Source of the DNA: Octopus vulgaris
Lineage: Eukaryota
NCBI GenBank assembly: GCA_951406725.2
Contig: OX597831.1
Location: forward strand, 17,794,001-17,858,000
Length of the DNA: 64,000 nucleotides
Direction: 5' to 3'
In this document: in pieces, positions 1 to 16,986 of the stretch
How the letters are laid out: each line of letters begins with the position of its first letter
Position numbering within the stretch: the first letter of the stretch is position 1
Program-made: the position numbers and the translations under genes
Notes under the pieces: generated by a model
Database searches by the model: none
The model's input: the letters and a program-made list of their open reading frames with translations, nothing else
What the model was told of the DNA's origin: nothing

Positions 1-649
1 CACAATAGGAACAAATTTCTGAAAAAAATCTCCTATAATTCACGGAATTAAAATTACACTTCGATTGTTGTACAAAACTGTATTTGAAGTGTTTACGAAG
101 TATAATACGTGTTTTCACGAATGTTCTAAAGAGATTTACTCTGATATTCTCATTTAAATATGAATAGGTAAATTCGGGCGGTTTGGTAACGAAAGGTTTT
201 ATATAAGTGTCGTCTGTTTATACATAAACACTGTTTCATACTTTCAGTTTAGTCTTCCTCAAAATCACTCTGTCGCTATTTACTCTCTTCCAAGAACATT
301 TTCACTCACTCTTATATGTTAGCTTGCCATACATTTTACTCATGTATCTATCAGCGTGATAGACAGAAACAAATATTACATCTAGTTTCACTTTATTCGT
401 TGCACACTGTGTGTGTGCGTTTGCGTGTGCTGTAAACCAGACTAAGAAAAGCATTTGACATACACACCATAATGTGAGTTTTCTGTAAATTTTGCTTAAT
501 TGGAGTTTAAATTTTAAAAACTGGACCTGGCAAAACCCGATGCATTCTACTCTTAAAAATGCTAGGTAAATTGTAATTGAAGAAATCCTATATTGTAGAT
601 TTCTATAACTGACAAAGGGAGGCAGATAAAATCTGCCTTTTATAAGAGA
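1..649 (-). mobile_element. Probable non-autonomous Helitron-like element, 5' part
   Basis: The minus strand begins A|TCTCTTATAAAAGGCAG, a Helitron-type TC start, with the hairpin ggcagataaaatctgcc nearby. No coding capacity. Confidence 0.4.
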
Positions 650-659
650 TATAACAACA

Positions 660-1180
660 TATCAAAATTACATATAAGGAACGATTTTAGGAAATTTTGA
701 ATGAAACCGAATGGATCTGCTTCAAATATTGTGATATTTTCCTGTGATGTGATCAGTCAGATGTGCTTTTGTTTACATGTGAGATGACGTGGTATCCATC
801 GAGCAAAATCCCAAATCACGCCAGATTCATTGCCCATAATATCTGTAATTGTCTCACTCGATATGCTAGTAACGTTGGTAATTTGATTTTGAAACAAGTC
901 ACATGTTATCTGTCACCATCTGGGGAAGACCAGTAACGTCTTCCACTATAGCGGCAATTGAAGGACGTCCAGGCATCGCATTATTTTCAAGTCAATCCAT
1001 TTCTCACCTAAATTCATCTGACAAACTTTTCCTCTGTTTCTATTGCTCTAACATCACACCTGATGTAGCAACCATGCCTGCATGTGTACCTATGCAGATT
1101 AAACCATTTATCTGTTCGTTTTGCAGTAAAGTATTTTGTCCAGAATTCGCTACTAACTATTTAAGTTGTTTTTGAAGAGG
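660..1180 (-). mobile_element. Decayed mariner transposase N-terminal fragment
   Basis: Minus-strand remnants PGRPS and WIPRHLT (the mariner WVPHEL motif). Confidence 0.55.
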
Positions 1181-1620
1181 CATTTATGAGTTTATTGGAA
1201 AGATGGCAGCTATTTATTAAGAGCTGCTTTAATGCATACACAATTTCAAAGCTCGTAAATATCCCATGTTATTTGACAATTCAAAATTCTCATTCATTTA
1301 TTGTCGTGCTATGAACCTTTCAGACTTCACTCTTTGTAACTATATAAACTTATGTATATGATCACAGAAACTTATATGCGTTGGTGAGAATCTGGGTGGT
1401 GCGTGTGTGTCCATGTTTGTATGTTAGTGAGTTTGTGCGTTTGTAAGTGTGTGTGTGTGCGTGTAGAATAGAGAAGTTATAAATCCATGAGCCCATACAC
1501 ATATATAAATGTATATGGACTTGCATAAGAATAGAAAATAAAAATCATTTTATTTCGTCCAAGTTGTAATTAACAATGTCATATTTCCCTATTTTAAAGT
1601 AGGAATTTTTCTCGTTTCAG

Positions 1621-1739
1621 TTGTTGTAACAGACATATGGGACACAGCATGCGAAGGCGTAGCACAAACCGTGTGCCCCAAAGAGTTTGATGTCTATAAA
1701 AGAAACAGAATCAACTGCATGTATGTTCCATATAAATAA
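1621..1739 (+). CDS. Family A peptide A1, last coding exon only: xVVT|DIWDTACEGVAQTVCPKEFDVYKRNRINCMYVPYK*. The signal exon probably lies upstream of the window.
   Basis: Polypyrimidine acceptor tttttctcgtttcag, phase 1 as in A2/A3. Its W-x3-C-x3-A-x3-C-x-KE..C-x-Y-V-x-Y pattern matches A2/A3. The fourth Cys codon is TAT. Confidence 0.65.
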
Positions 1740-2114
1740 TATTATTTATGTAACAACTAAATTTATCAACTTTTAAACAAAATTTTGTCTATATAATTCA
1801 TTATACAGAAACGAATGGTATTTTCTCGACATCGTTTTCTTGCTTTTCATTGAACCACTTCTCACGGACCACAAACATCTTGATCCTTCGGGGAATACTG
1901 TATTTGCTTATTTGTGCAGTTATGTTACCCATCGCTTCCGTGAATGATACTTGAGTTTCCAGTAAACGCAATTGATGTAGAGAGCGAGATCTAGATTGTA
2001 TATAGTGATTCGAGAAGGGAAACACTCTTACCCCAAGATAGAAAATTGAGCTCAGACTTCCATTACGGAACATATACCATGCGTAAGCTGAAGCAGTGCA
2101 GCTAAGCAAAGAAA

Positions 2115-2118
<4 letters not shown>

Positions 2119-2164
<46 letters not shown>

Positions 2165-2262
2165 CAATAAAGGGTTTGGCAACGAATTTATTTTCTCGCC
2201 GAAGACTACTTGGTGTAATTGATAATTATTCCAAATTAATTAATTTCACCCTTCATATACGG

Positions 2263-2332
<70 letters not shown>

Positions 2333-2335
2333 ACA

Positions 2336-2390
<55 letters not shown>

Positions 2391-2502
2391 TATACATGTA
2401 TATATATAAATAGATTTATACATATATATATATACATGTATATATATACATATATATATATATATGTATATGTATATATATATATTTATATTGATGTATA
2501 TA

Positions 2503-2557
<55 letters not shown>

Positions 2558-2770
2558 AGTATTTATATATATGTATGTATATGTATATATATATATATAT
2601 GTATATTTATATGTATATATATACGCATATATATATATGTGTGTGTATATACATATATATATATATATATACATATACATGCATATACCTGTATACATAC
2701 AAACATATATACATATACATGCATATACCTGTATACATACATACAAGCATGAATACATATATATATAGAT
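2119..2770. repeat. Compound (AT)n/(ATGT)n microsatellite
   Basis: Directly visible; source of the YIYI ORFs. Confidence 0.95.
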
Positions 2771-2779
2771 TATATATTT

Positions 2780-4310
2780 TTTTCTTCTTGTTTGATCTCA
2801 GAGTTGTGGCCATGCTGATGCATCGCCGTTTTGTGCTACACTGTTATTACGAAGGACCTCCTCTAATATGTGGTAGTTGGTGGAGAATGGAGTTTGACAT
2901 AGCTACTCTAATTTGCACCTCTTACCGTGAGATAGGTTCATCTGGGACTCTCGACAGGAAAATGTCCAGCTTTGATTTAAAAACCGCTCCATCTACATTG
3001 TGCAAGTTCCTCAGACTCTTTGGGAGAATATTAAAAAGCTGTGGGCCCTTGAAACCCAGGCTGTTGCAGAAGCTGGTCCTGAAGCGTGATGTCATTGCTG
3101 GGATTTTGGCACTATGCAGTGTCGTCCCGTTCTAGCATTGGTGTAGCATAAAATGCCAAAATTTGGCAAAATTCTTTCCAGGATCTTCCAGATATATATC
3201 ACTGCATACGGCTCCCGTCTTCTCTCCAGGAAGTAGAGTCTTAGCTGTTTTAACCAATCCCAGTAGCTGAGCTGTTGCAAAGAGACGATCTTCCTTGTGA
3301 ATCTTCACTGGATTACTTGAAGATCCGCTGTTAATTTCACACTGGTGGGTGACCATAGCTGTGAACAGTAATCCAGGCGGCTTAGGACAAATGTCCGCCA
3401 GAGGACCATCATGGTTTCCTTATCTCTGGTTCTGAATGTTCTTAGGATCCATCCAGCCAGTCGTCTGCACATTGTCGCCATCCTGGTAATGTGCACTTGG
3501 AAAGAGGTATCATCACCCATGTCGAATCCCGGGTCCCTCACAGATTTAGGCTCTGGGATTGAAATTCCCTCTGGACCGGTGTTTCCTGTAAGTTTAATAT
3601 TCAGTTTGGGATGCTGGCAGCGCAGGGCCTGGAATTTTTCAGCATTAAACTGCATATTATTATCCTCAGCCCATCTGTGGATTGAGTCCAGGTGTGCAAC
3701 ATCGCTGGGGTTCTGCATTTACTGCGAGACTTTCGTATCGTCTGCATAGCTTGCCAGAGTGGCTATCCGGGCATTAGAGGGCATATCTGGGAGGGCTACT
3801 ATAAAAAGCAGTGGTCCCAAGACAGTACTCAGTTGAACACCGCTCACTATTTGTGTGTTCATAGAGGTGGCACCATTAACCACTACTGCCTGATTCCTAT
3901 CTTTCAGGAAGTCATGTAACCACACAAGTTTTCCAGCTATGCCGTGGTCAAGCAGTTTGTGACAGAACATTCCATGATCCAACCTGTCAAAATCAAGGTA
4001 GATTACGTCCACATTTGATTTGTTGAGTAACTGCCTCAACGCCCAGTCATGATGTTGTAAGAGCTGAGTCAGGCAGCTCCAACCTAGTAAAAAACCATGC
4101 TGGGTATCACTCAGCAAGTTATTTTCCTCAAGGAATGCGATTAATTTCTTTCTGACTATCCGTTCCATGACTTTGATGATGTGTGAAGTCGGAGAGATAG
4201 GCCTATAGTTTTGGCATCTGCTCTACTTCCACCTTTATGTATTGGGCATATTATTCTCTCCTTCAGTTTCAGTGGCAGCTTGCCATTCGCCAGAAAGCCC
4301 CGGAAGGGAA
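2780..4310 (-). mobile_element. CR1/Jockey-group LINE, 5'-truncated, frameshifted reverse transcriptase and 3' end
   Basis: QHGF, VIYLDF, GVQLSTVLGPLLF, YADDTK and SRLDYCSQLWSP motifs across ORFs 3719-4168, 3305-3718 and 3092-3280. Confidence 0.9.
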
Positions 4311-4324
4311 TCTTGATGAGTTTT

Positions 4325-4760
<436 letters not shown>

Positions 4761-5029
4761 ATCCATCTAATTGCGTGTGCGTTTGTGTGCGTGAATCCGT
4801 GTTGTGCATATTTTGGTGGCTAATTTGTAAATGAGTTTTCCTCATTAACTTTCTTTTCAAGGGGTTACAAAAAATTTCTGGAATGCTTTTATCGTTACGT
4901 CACACCTTATTGCTATAGACTGTTTAAAGAACATCACAGATGCGCCGTAAGTTAATTTCCCATTACAAAATTCATAGAATTTCTTGAAATACTTTTCCGT
5001 TCTGTCTTCGAATTCCCCTTGAAATATCT

Positions 5030-5920
5030 ATGAATTTTGAGCAATGATTACTCTTGACTTTTCTATTCGTAATATATTTTAAATTTGTTTGCGAGGTATG
5101 GGTAGGAAAAATGAATAGTCTGTACTATCTAATGAATTTTTGCAGCACTGACATTCTTTTGCATTGCTATTAACTTTTCAATATAGAAACAATATACCAT
5201 AAATGTTTTCGAAACTATTGCTGATGTTGATAGCAGAAAACACTTAAGAATGTTTTCTGTCATCATGAGACGGGTCGATACATTTAGATTCGAATTAAAT
5301 TTCGTGACCAGACAATAACTGCTTTGAAGTATATAAGTGAGCTTTATTAAACACGGAAACCAGATTATTTACTACAATTAATTGCTTAAGTCGAACGAGA
5401 AGGTTCAATCCAAGCCCCAGATGTCATTACAAAACGCTTCCTTATTTGGTGTTGTATTAAGTTGTGACTGGCGTAGTGTATATTTTAAACGCCACCAGAA
5501 GGATTCCATTTTTTATAAAGCTCATGTATCACTAGTAAAGTCAGTGAAGTTCATTGTTTTACTAACTACATAGAAAACATTTTATAAACTCGCTCCTGAC
5601 AAATTCTCTGTCAAGAGAAACAGGCTATTCAAAATTAAACAAAAAATTAAATATTAGCAAATATAAGTCTCTAGTATTAGTGTCATTCATGAGAATCGAT
5701 CTTGAAGGTATAGTGTTCTAAAAACCAGTGCCGCATTTGTTTTCATGCTTTCGTATTGAATCTACAATACAATTTAATTTGGGAGCAAGAATGACAGGTA
5801 GTATAAGAGATAATATAATTGCATTCTTCGCTTAAGATATCGAGAATGATAACCTTTATACCCCCCTCATTAGGATATACATACACACATACATAAATAT
5901 ACATGCATATACATACATAA

Positions 5921-6008
<88 letters not shown>

Positions 6009-6637
6009 TTTTGTGTGTAGATAAATTAAATCCAGATTTGCAAAGTTCTTTGTCTTTCAACATATATGTTATTTCTTTGCAGAACCTAGGCAATCCTTCT
6101 AGCGTTAAGGTAAGTGATTTCATTCTAACAATTCCCCCAGCAACCTGTTTATACTGCAATATCTATGACCGAATTCCATTTCACTTTAGTAATTTCTTCA
6201 GGAATATTAGTATAAATTACGGAGATGTACTTGCATAGCAAATGACCTGATTTGAATCGTGTGCTGGAACGAAAACACTCGTCGCTTTTTCGTTGCTTTG
6301 AGACCACGGCCTGTTCCCTCACAAAATTCATTGCTGCGTCTGTGATAATTGTAAGTATAATTACGGATTGCTTTATGCATTATAATTGTAACATCATAGC
6401 AACAAATATTCAAGCATTTTCTACATTTATTATTAGATAGCGGTCAAATAACATGAGATATTTACGAGTTGAAGACTACGTGAATATTACAATATCAATA
6501 CATTCATTACTAATTGCATAATTGTTTTGATATTATTATATAAATATTTAAGATACATCTACAATAAGGAGTTAGAAATCACATTGATATGCAGAGGTGA
6601 AACTCATTGTACCTTTTGCTATATAATTTCAGGCTGA
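5030..6637 (+). pseudogene. Family B secreted Cys-rich peptide B1 (probable pseudogene), exons 5030-5095, 6083-6109, 6239-6350, 6633-6637: MNFEQ*LLLTFLFVIYFKFVCE-NLGNPSSVK-QMT*FESCAGTKTLVAFSLL*DHGLFPHKIHCCVCDN-C*
   Basis: Four GT-AG bounded exons with compatible phases (0, 0, 1), a hydrophobic leader and a C-terminal CCxCxxC. Three in-frame TGA codons. A putative 5' exon ends at 4946 (|gtaagt). Confidence 0.5.
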
Positions 6638-6699
6638 AATTACTAATGAATGTCATACACATTCACGTTAAGATGAAGGAAGTTGTTGCAATATTTCTA

Positions 6700-6855
6700 T
6701 TCAAATTCTGCGGAGGTTGCCTTTCGTCGTTTCGGGGTTGATAAATTAAATACCAGTTGTTTACTGAGGTCGATCAAATCGAATGTCCCGCTCCCGCACA
6801 ATAATAATAATGATAATATTACCGGCCTTGTGCCCAGAGTAGAACAGGATATATT
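6700..6855 (+). mobile_element. Partial, degenerate tRNA-derived SINE
   Basis: tcaaattctgcggagg...ttcggggttgataaattaaataccag matches the SINE family at 19128, 29217 and 44892. Confidence 0.6.
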
Positions 6856-7596
6856 GTATTGGTCCTCTATAGTGAACAGCTATAACAACACGATTGCCTC
6901 GGCTCATAACCAACACACATCGCCTGAAAGAAACAGCAAGAAATAAGTTAGCCCTCCCCCAGAGAAGGTTTGAACCCGGTTTTTCTCTTCTGCAAAGTGC
7001 ACCACATGGAACTCACAAGTATGTGGCACCCTGGTACCGGCCTAATTTTTAATGTAATTTAAACTGAATGATCATCAGAAAGATCCTAGTAAATCTCATA
7101 TTTGTTAATGAATGGAAGAATATAATCAGTCAATTTCTTGTATAATTAACGTCGAACTAATTTGAACATACGTGGATTCCAGATTTATCTATATATATAT
7201 ATCCTTTTCTCCAATTCTCGTTCCAGATCTCCTTACAAAGAATATTCCTTGCTTCATTCGCGGTTCAATTATTAAAGCAAAAATAAGGGCAGTGGTGAAA
7301 TAATGATATGCATGCGTTGTTCTGTAATTCACAGTTGTAGTACAAACTTAAATATTTGAAATGTGTTGTAATGGGAACAGATTAACGAATGAGTATTGTT
7401 CTTTCATATAAGGTTCACACGTTCTGAAATCCTGTATAATCAATATCTAGAGGGAACTCTTTTGAAAATAATCAGAAAAAAATAAAGAAGAAAATGTTCA
7501 CATATTGTTAGTGTTAATATTATTAGTAGATAAACGCGTTGTTATACCAATTACAATATGTTTAATGTGTGCTTGGCTGTATATGTATGTGCGTGA

Positions 7597-7679
<83 letters not shown>

Positions 7680-7690
7680 TATATATATAC

Positions 7691-7723
<33 letters not shown>

Positions 7724-7746
7724 GGTGGGTGTGTGTTGAATGAATG

Positions 7747-7803
<57 letters not shown>

Positions 7804-8770
7804 GTTCTGAAGATCTAAATTATTTAATTGGTGACATTTATTAAAGTTGTTACAAGACTTAACTTCACTTGTTAATATTTGGAAATTTACTAAAATTTGC
7901 ACCGAGCGTATCTCTTCATCTTTTTGCGTAATTCGTTACACATATCAAATTTATACCTAGAATGACCTATAGTTTCCTAAAGAGTATTGTTTCCCTGTTT
8001 TTATTACAACCTTCCACTCTTATCAATGTTGATGTATATGCGTCGTTAGAAACATTAACCGGAAAAGCAAGATACACATAAAGGATGAAATGATAGAAGT
8101 GTACGAAAGATTTTACATGGGATGACAAGAAAGATACCCTGAAGTAAGATATTTCGTGGAATCGCCTCGAAGTTTAGAGCAAATAATCAAAGAAACCCGG
8201 TATATATTATAAGAATGCGTTCATTGGTACTATATAACTGGTGAAATACAATTCCGTTCGATAGAAAATAATGATACACACACACATATATTAGCTTGCG
8301 ATATACAGACGGAATCAAATTCAAAATCAAATTAGTCACGTGTCTCAATATGATGTGTTTAATCAAGCTTTCAAAGAATTAGTACAGGAACAGCAATTTC
8401 GCTATAGTTACTGCGGTGGATTATTATTGGACGCTACTTTATGAGAGGCATGATAAATCACAAAGAGTAAGAATGTCAGAAATGAAAGACACCACAATGT
8501 ATCATACACACACACACACACACACACAACAAAATCGGAAATACAAAAGTATAACAGTGAGAAGATTAAAACTGTTTGCACGTCTTACACATACGCAAGT
8601 TCAAAGACATTCACCCAGATTGCTAAATTTACCCCAAGATATACACATACACGGGCATGCATACTTTACCCATGTATTTAAATGGAATGTTTTATCACAG
8701 GATAGGAGGTGTAAACGTGTAACACAGGATGAGAAGTGGTAAGGAAGTCGACATATTCGGATATAGTTCA

Positions 8771-10960
8771 CACAATGTGAAGAAATTATATATAGTTGTT
8801 CATCGATTAAGCAATTTATTAGTTGTTTAATGATAGAAGATTAATCATAAATTTAGCGGCCGGATACACTTTGCAAAACTCAAAAAAGTACAATAGATCT
8901 GTGTCCATTTTGACATGCAATATGACATGGGAAATCAATTTCTGGCCTTCTTTTTTTAAATTAGGCATGCTTTCTACAGTATTGTCACTGTGTACCCTTT
9001 TTGTCATTATCCTTAAATAAAATTATTTATCGCATTGTAAAATGGCTTTCAACACAGAACTAGAGGCCTATCTTAGAAACACCTACAATGTGATTCAAAG
9101 CTTGTGTTTGACAGGGCAAAAGTGATCCCAATGGGTTCTGTTATATCTGTGGGGAATTGATTTTGAGAAAGAACAGCCCAGTATTACACGCCATTACAAG
9201 AAATTATACATGGCATACTTTGACTGTTATTTAGGAGACCAGGATATGTCATGGCTCCTCCCGTGCGTTGCCTTACATGTGTGAAGGCATTGAATGCCTG
9301 GTATACAGGAAAAAATGTTCACATGAAGTTTGGCGTGCCAATGATTTGGCGTGAGCAGAAAGATCACTCTAATGATTGCTATTTCTCTCACCATGACTTT
9401 ACAGACTGTACTACATCAAAGAAAACGAAACACATTTTTACACAAATTTGCAATCAGCAATGCGCCAAGTAGAGTACTCAGAAAATTACCTCTGCCTAAA
9501 CATCCCGATCAAGAAATGCAGAGTGTCAGTAGTGCTGATGAACGTTCCGGTGGTGAATGTGTGGAGCCCAACGATCCAGAAAGTGATAATAAACCAATCC
9601 TTTTTTCTCAAGAGGCTCTAAATAACTTGTGCAGGGATCTCTATTTAACCAAATATAAAAATGTGTTTCTGGCGTCAATGCTTCAAGAACGTAATCTTCG
9701 TGAGTAAGGAGTGAAGATAATCCTGTACATGAAAAATGACTTATGCTTTTTTATTGACATCACTGAAATTTTTGAGCAACTGGAAATACCATTTGAAAAA
9801 ACCAATTGGCGAATTTTCATAGATGCATCCAATGACAGCATCAAAGCTGTTCTGCTACAGAATAGTAACACTCTGGTTTCTATAACCATAGCTTATAGCA
9901 CAACCATGAAAAAACCATATGAATATCTGAAAGCAATTCTAACAAGCATACAGTATGATGACCATACCTGGCATATTTGTGCAGATTGTAATGCTGTGGC
10001 CTTGATTACTGGCCTTCAGCGTGACTATACTAAATTTTGCTACTTCCTGGGTTTATGGTATTCCAAGGTAAGAGCTGAACATTATGTATGCATGGATTGG
10101 CCGATCCGAGATGAAATTGAGCAAGGAAAACACAGCGTCATGCACAAACCACTTGTGAAAAGTGATAGAAATATTTCTTAACACCTTTGCATATGAAACT
10201 TGGTTTGTTTAACAATTTGTGAAGCCTGGGACAAGGAATCCTCCGCATTTGCATATCTTGCAGAAAAAGTGCCCTTCCCCAAGTCAATCTAAACGGTTTG
10301 TACTTGAAACCTTCTTCACACATCTCAAGAGAAAAGAGAAGCTTGCCTTTGAGTCATTCAAGTAGCGATAACCTCCTGGGCATCCATCGTTCGGAAGACG
10401 ATGTGCAAGTTGTAAATGATCTGCGGAGTCATTACCATGATATGGGATGTAATATGTCTCTAAAGGTCCAGGTGATTCCCTCTCATTTGGATGTTTTCGC
10501 GGAAAATCTTGGTGATGTGAGTGATGAACATGACGAAAGGTTCCATCAGCATATTTCAGTGATGGAGCGACGATTCAAAGGAAAATAGAAACCTGGCATT
10601 CTAGCGGACTACTGCTGGGGTATAAAAAGAAGATCACAACCCGCACAAGAAGCTTAAAAGGACAAAAGTTGTTTAAACAGACAGGTGTGTTTTTAATTCT
10701 TAACCAATATATGCTTTGTTATACAAACTACATTTTTGTTTTGTTTTTTTGTAATTTTCAGCATTTACAATGTTGTATTCAGTGCGCAATATTATGCAGG
10801 ATATTATTTAAAAAATTGGTTCATGGTACAGGAAAACGTTGCCTAATCTGGAGAAATAAAGGTTGTAATCAGAATTAAGACATTTTTCTCACCCAGAAAC
10901 ACGTCTTGGATTTTATTTGAACCTGACATTTGAACCTAAATATTAATGGTACATAATCTG
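8771..10960 (+). mobile_element. Decayed DNA transposon, Chapaev3-like (CMC superfamily)
   Basis: Frameshifted transposase with FCYICGE, VPMIWREQKDHSNDCYF, WRIFIDAS, GCNMSLK..SHLD.F.ENLG.VSDEH.ERFHQ motifs. Candidate 5' CAC terminus at 8771. The family assignment is from recall. Confidence 0.65.
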
Positions 10961-11869
10961 TCACTAACACACATATAATCACACGCATATTCACCCTCTC
11001 ACTCGCTAGCATCTAATAACTGAGTTTCGTATTTATAGTTGCAATGGTGAAAGCCTGGATAATAATAACAATGGAAGAATTTCATAAAAACAGAACAAAA
11101 TACACCAATATTTAGTACCACCTTCTCAGAGACCCTACCAATAAAATCTGCAATGTTTGTCCCTAACAAAAGAATTTCCTCAACAATATCGTACTACAAT
11201 CTTTTTGAAAGCATATCCGCCATCGCCGCTGCCCAAACCACGCACCGTGTAGTAAGCGTGATGGGATAGAAGTTAAATAGATCAAAGTTACAAAGCCATT
11301 AAAAAGAGAAACAAGAAAGAGTACATCGAACAGCTGTTAGATACCAACAGATAGATGCCTCCTAACGACCATGCACCACCACCAAGGAGAACAGCGTCTA
11401 CATCATGAATATACACTCCATCATCTCCACCCACAACTCCACTATCGGCACTATCACAGGTATATGCACAATCAAATTTATAAACAAATCTGATTACATC
11501 ACACAACATAAACAACAGTAAGACATTGCAAGATGCACACCCAGAAACAGATAATTATAATCTAATTAATTATATACAGAAACATATAAACAGCGCAATA
11601 AACACCCCGAATAAGTTAAAGCCTATGAGTTAAAACTAAACGAAGTATGTACGGAGCTGCTCGTGAAATACCCACAGTTTGCATCAAAGACAAACGACCC
11701 ACCTCTCTGCAGAAACAAAATAACCGGCTGTTTTATGCCACTTTTCAAAAATGCATTTCATCTGAATATACGTACATGTGGCTAGAGTCGACCTGGAAGG
11801 ACAGCTGTCTACTCCAAAAGGTCTGGCTACTAAATTTAGCTGAGGTCCCATCGACGAGACCTCATTTTC

Positions 11870-12890
11870 TGATCAGGTAGGAGTTTCGTCGTTGATACAA
11901 TAATTAGTTCTATATATTGCTTTCTATAGAGGTTTGGTTCGTGCGGTGTGTTATGCCCATTGAAGGCTTTGAAGAAATGGTGATTTTATCAATGCTGCTT
12001 CTGGGCAAGGTGGGATCCCATTGCTGTTGTCTGTATTCAGATTTGTAGTAGCGGAATAATCATTAGTATTCGTATTACTGAACCGGTTTTGGTTTCTAGG
12101 TGTTGTATTATATATTAACAGGAAGGTTTTTATCCATTATAGGAAGCAAATGTGGATCCTGCATATGATGTGGTGGAAGACGAGAATTGAGGTTTTATTA
12201 GAAATAGTGTACCGTTCATGATTTAGTGGAAAATATTAACTAAGCGTGAAAGGCGATGTAAACCATGAGGTCTCCTGTTTTCAGTCCCTCGTAGGGCATA
12301 GGGCGCAACGGTATGATGGATAGCTCTAGTTCAGAATGTTTGAAGTTAGCATGCTTGGAGATGGTCGGAGAGAAGGGTGAATAAAGCGCATTGCGGGATT
12401 GCGTTAGGCCCGACTGGTCTGCGATGTTTATTGGGAAAGCGAATTGCGTGTTACAATTTTACTTCAGTGTTTGGGATACAGGAGATTTTGCCGTAACCAC
12501 TTTTGGTTATAATATTACTCAAGATTATAAAAGATGTCCTCAGTTGCTGATATGTTAGATATTTTAATGGAAACATCGGTGACGATGCTTTTACAGGCAA
12601 GTTCAAGCTGATTGGTTTAGTCTCATATATTGCAGCAATAAATTCATGGGGTTAATGTAAATTCTGCATCTAAGTCGAGAGAAACACATCTAAGAAGTGA
12701 GCTATTTGGATGTTATTTCCATAGGATTTAATAATGTTATAATTTTCAAAGATACGTCGGTGGAGATCCAAGTGTATTCCCCGAACGTTCGAGATAAAGT
12801 AGTGGCATTGAAAAGTGAACTATGTACGTTATGGACCAAGGAAATTGTTTAGAAATTGTTGGTTAATCTTGGAATAAAAGAATAGATGAA
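11870..12890 (-). mobile_element. Highly decayed retroelement remnant, possibly Penelope-like
   Basis: Only faint RT-like residues on the minus strand; no long ORF. Confidence 0.3.
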
Positions 12891-13020
12891 CTAGGTCAGT
12901 ACCCGGTGATATACCACACATCAAATACACACTCACTGATACACTTACACATACACGCACACACACACACACATACACATACATACACACGTTCAGACAC
13001 CAACACACATACACGTATAC

Positions 13021-16675
<3,655 letters not shown>

Positions 16676-16945
16676 TGACTTTATATCATGAGGAAAAATG
16701 CATCTAAGATATTTATATATTTATATAAAATTCGAACGGAACAGCTGATGGAAGGTGTTAATGCCATTTGCACTTGCATTTTATACCTACACCTCCCCAA
16801 GGAACCGCTTGAATTCAGTTTTTTAAAACTGGATTTGATACTTACGTATGAAAGCTATGCTTCATATACATTGGAATCTTCAAGATATTGATGAACTCCG
16901 AGTGAGAATATGTAAATGACTATAAACACATATTCACTTATTTAA

Positions 16946-16979
<34 letters not shown>

Positions 16980-16986
<7 letters not shown>

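Noticed and set aside
1266-1340. ATG...|gtaact as a candidate signal exon for A1
   Set aside because: Not hydrophobic, weak donor and no similarity to the A2/A3 signal exons.
1801-2109. 102-aa minus-strand ORF
   Set aside because: No recognisable protein; another frame has faint mariner-like LG.E..LDLA residues, so it is probably a transposon relic.
6633-6700. ECHTHSR*DEGSCC, resembling a C-x5-C-x4-CC colipase/prokineticin-type start
   Set aside because: It needs a phase-0 reading with a stop, while the upstream exon ends in phase 1 and gives Cys-stop. It also runs into a SINE.
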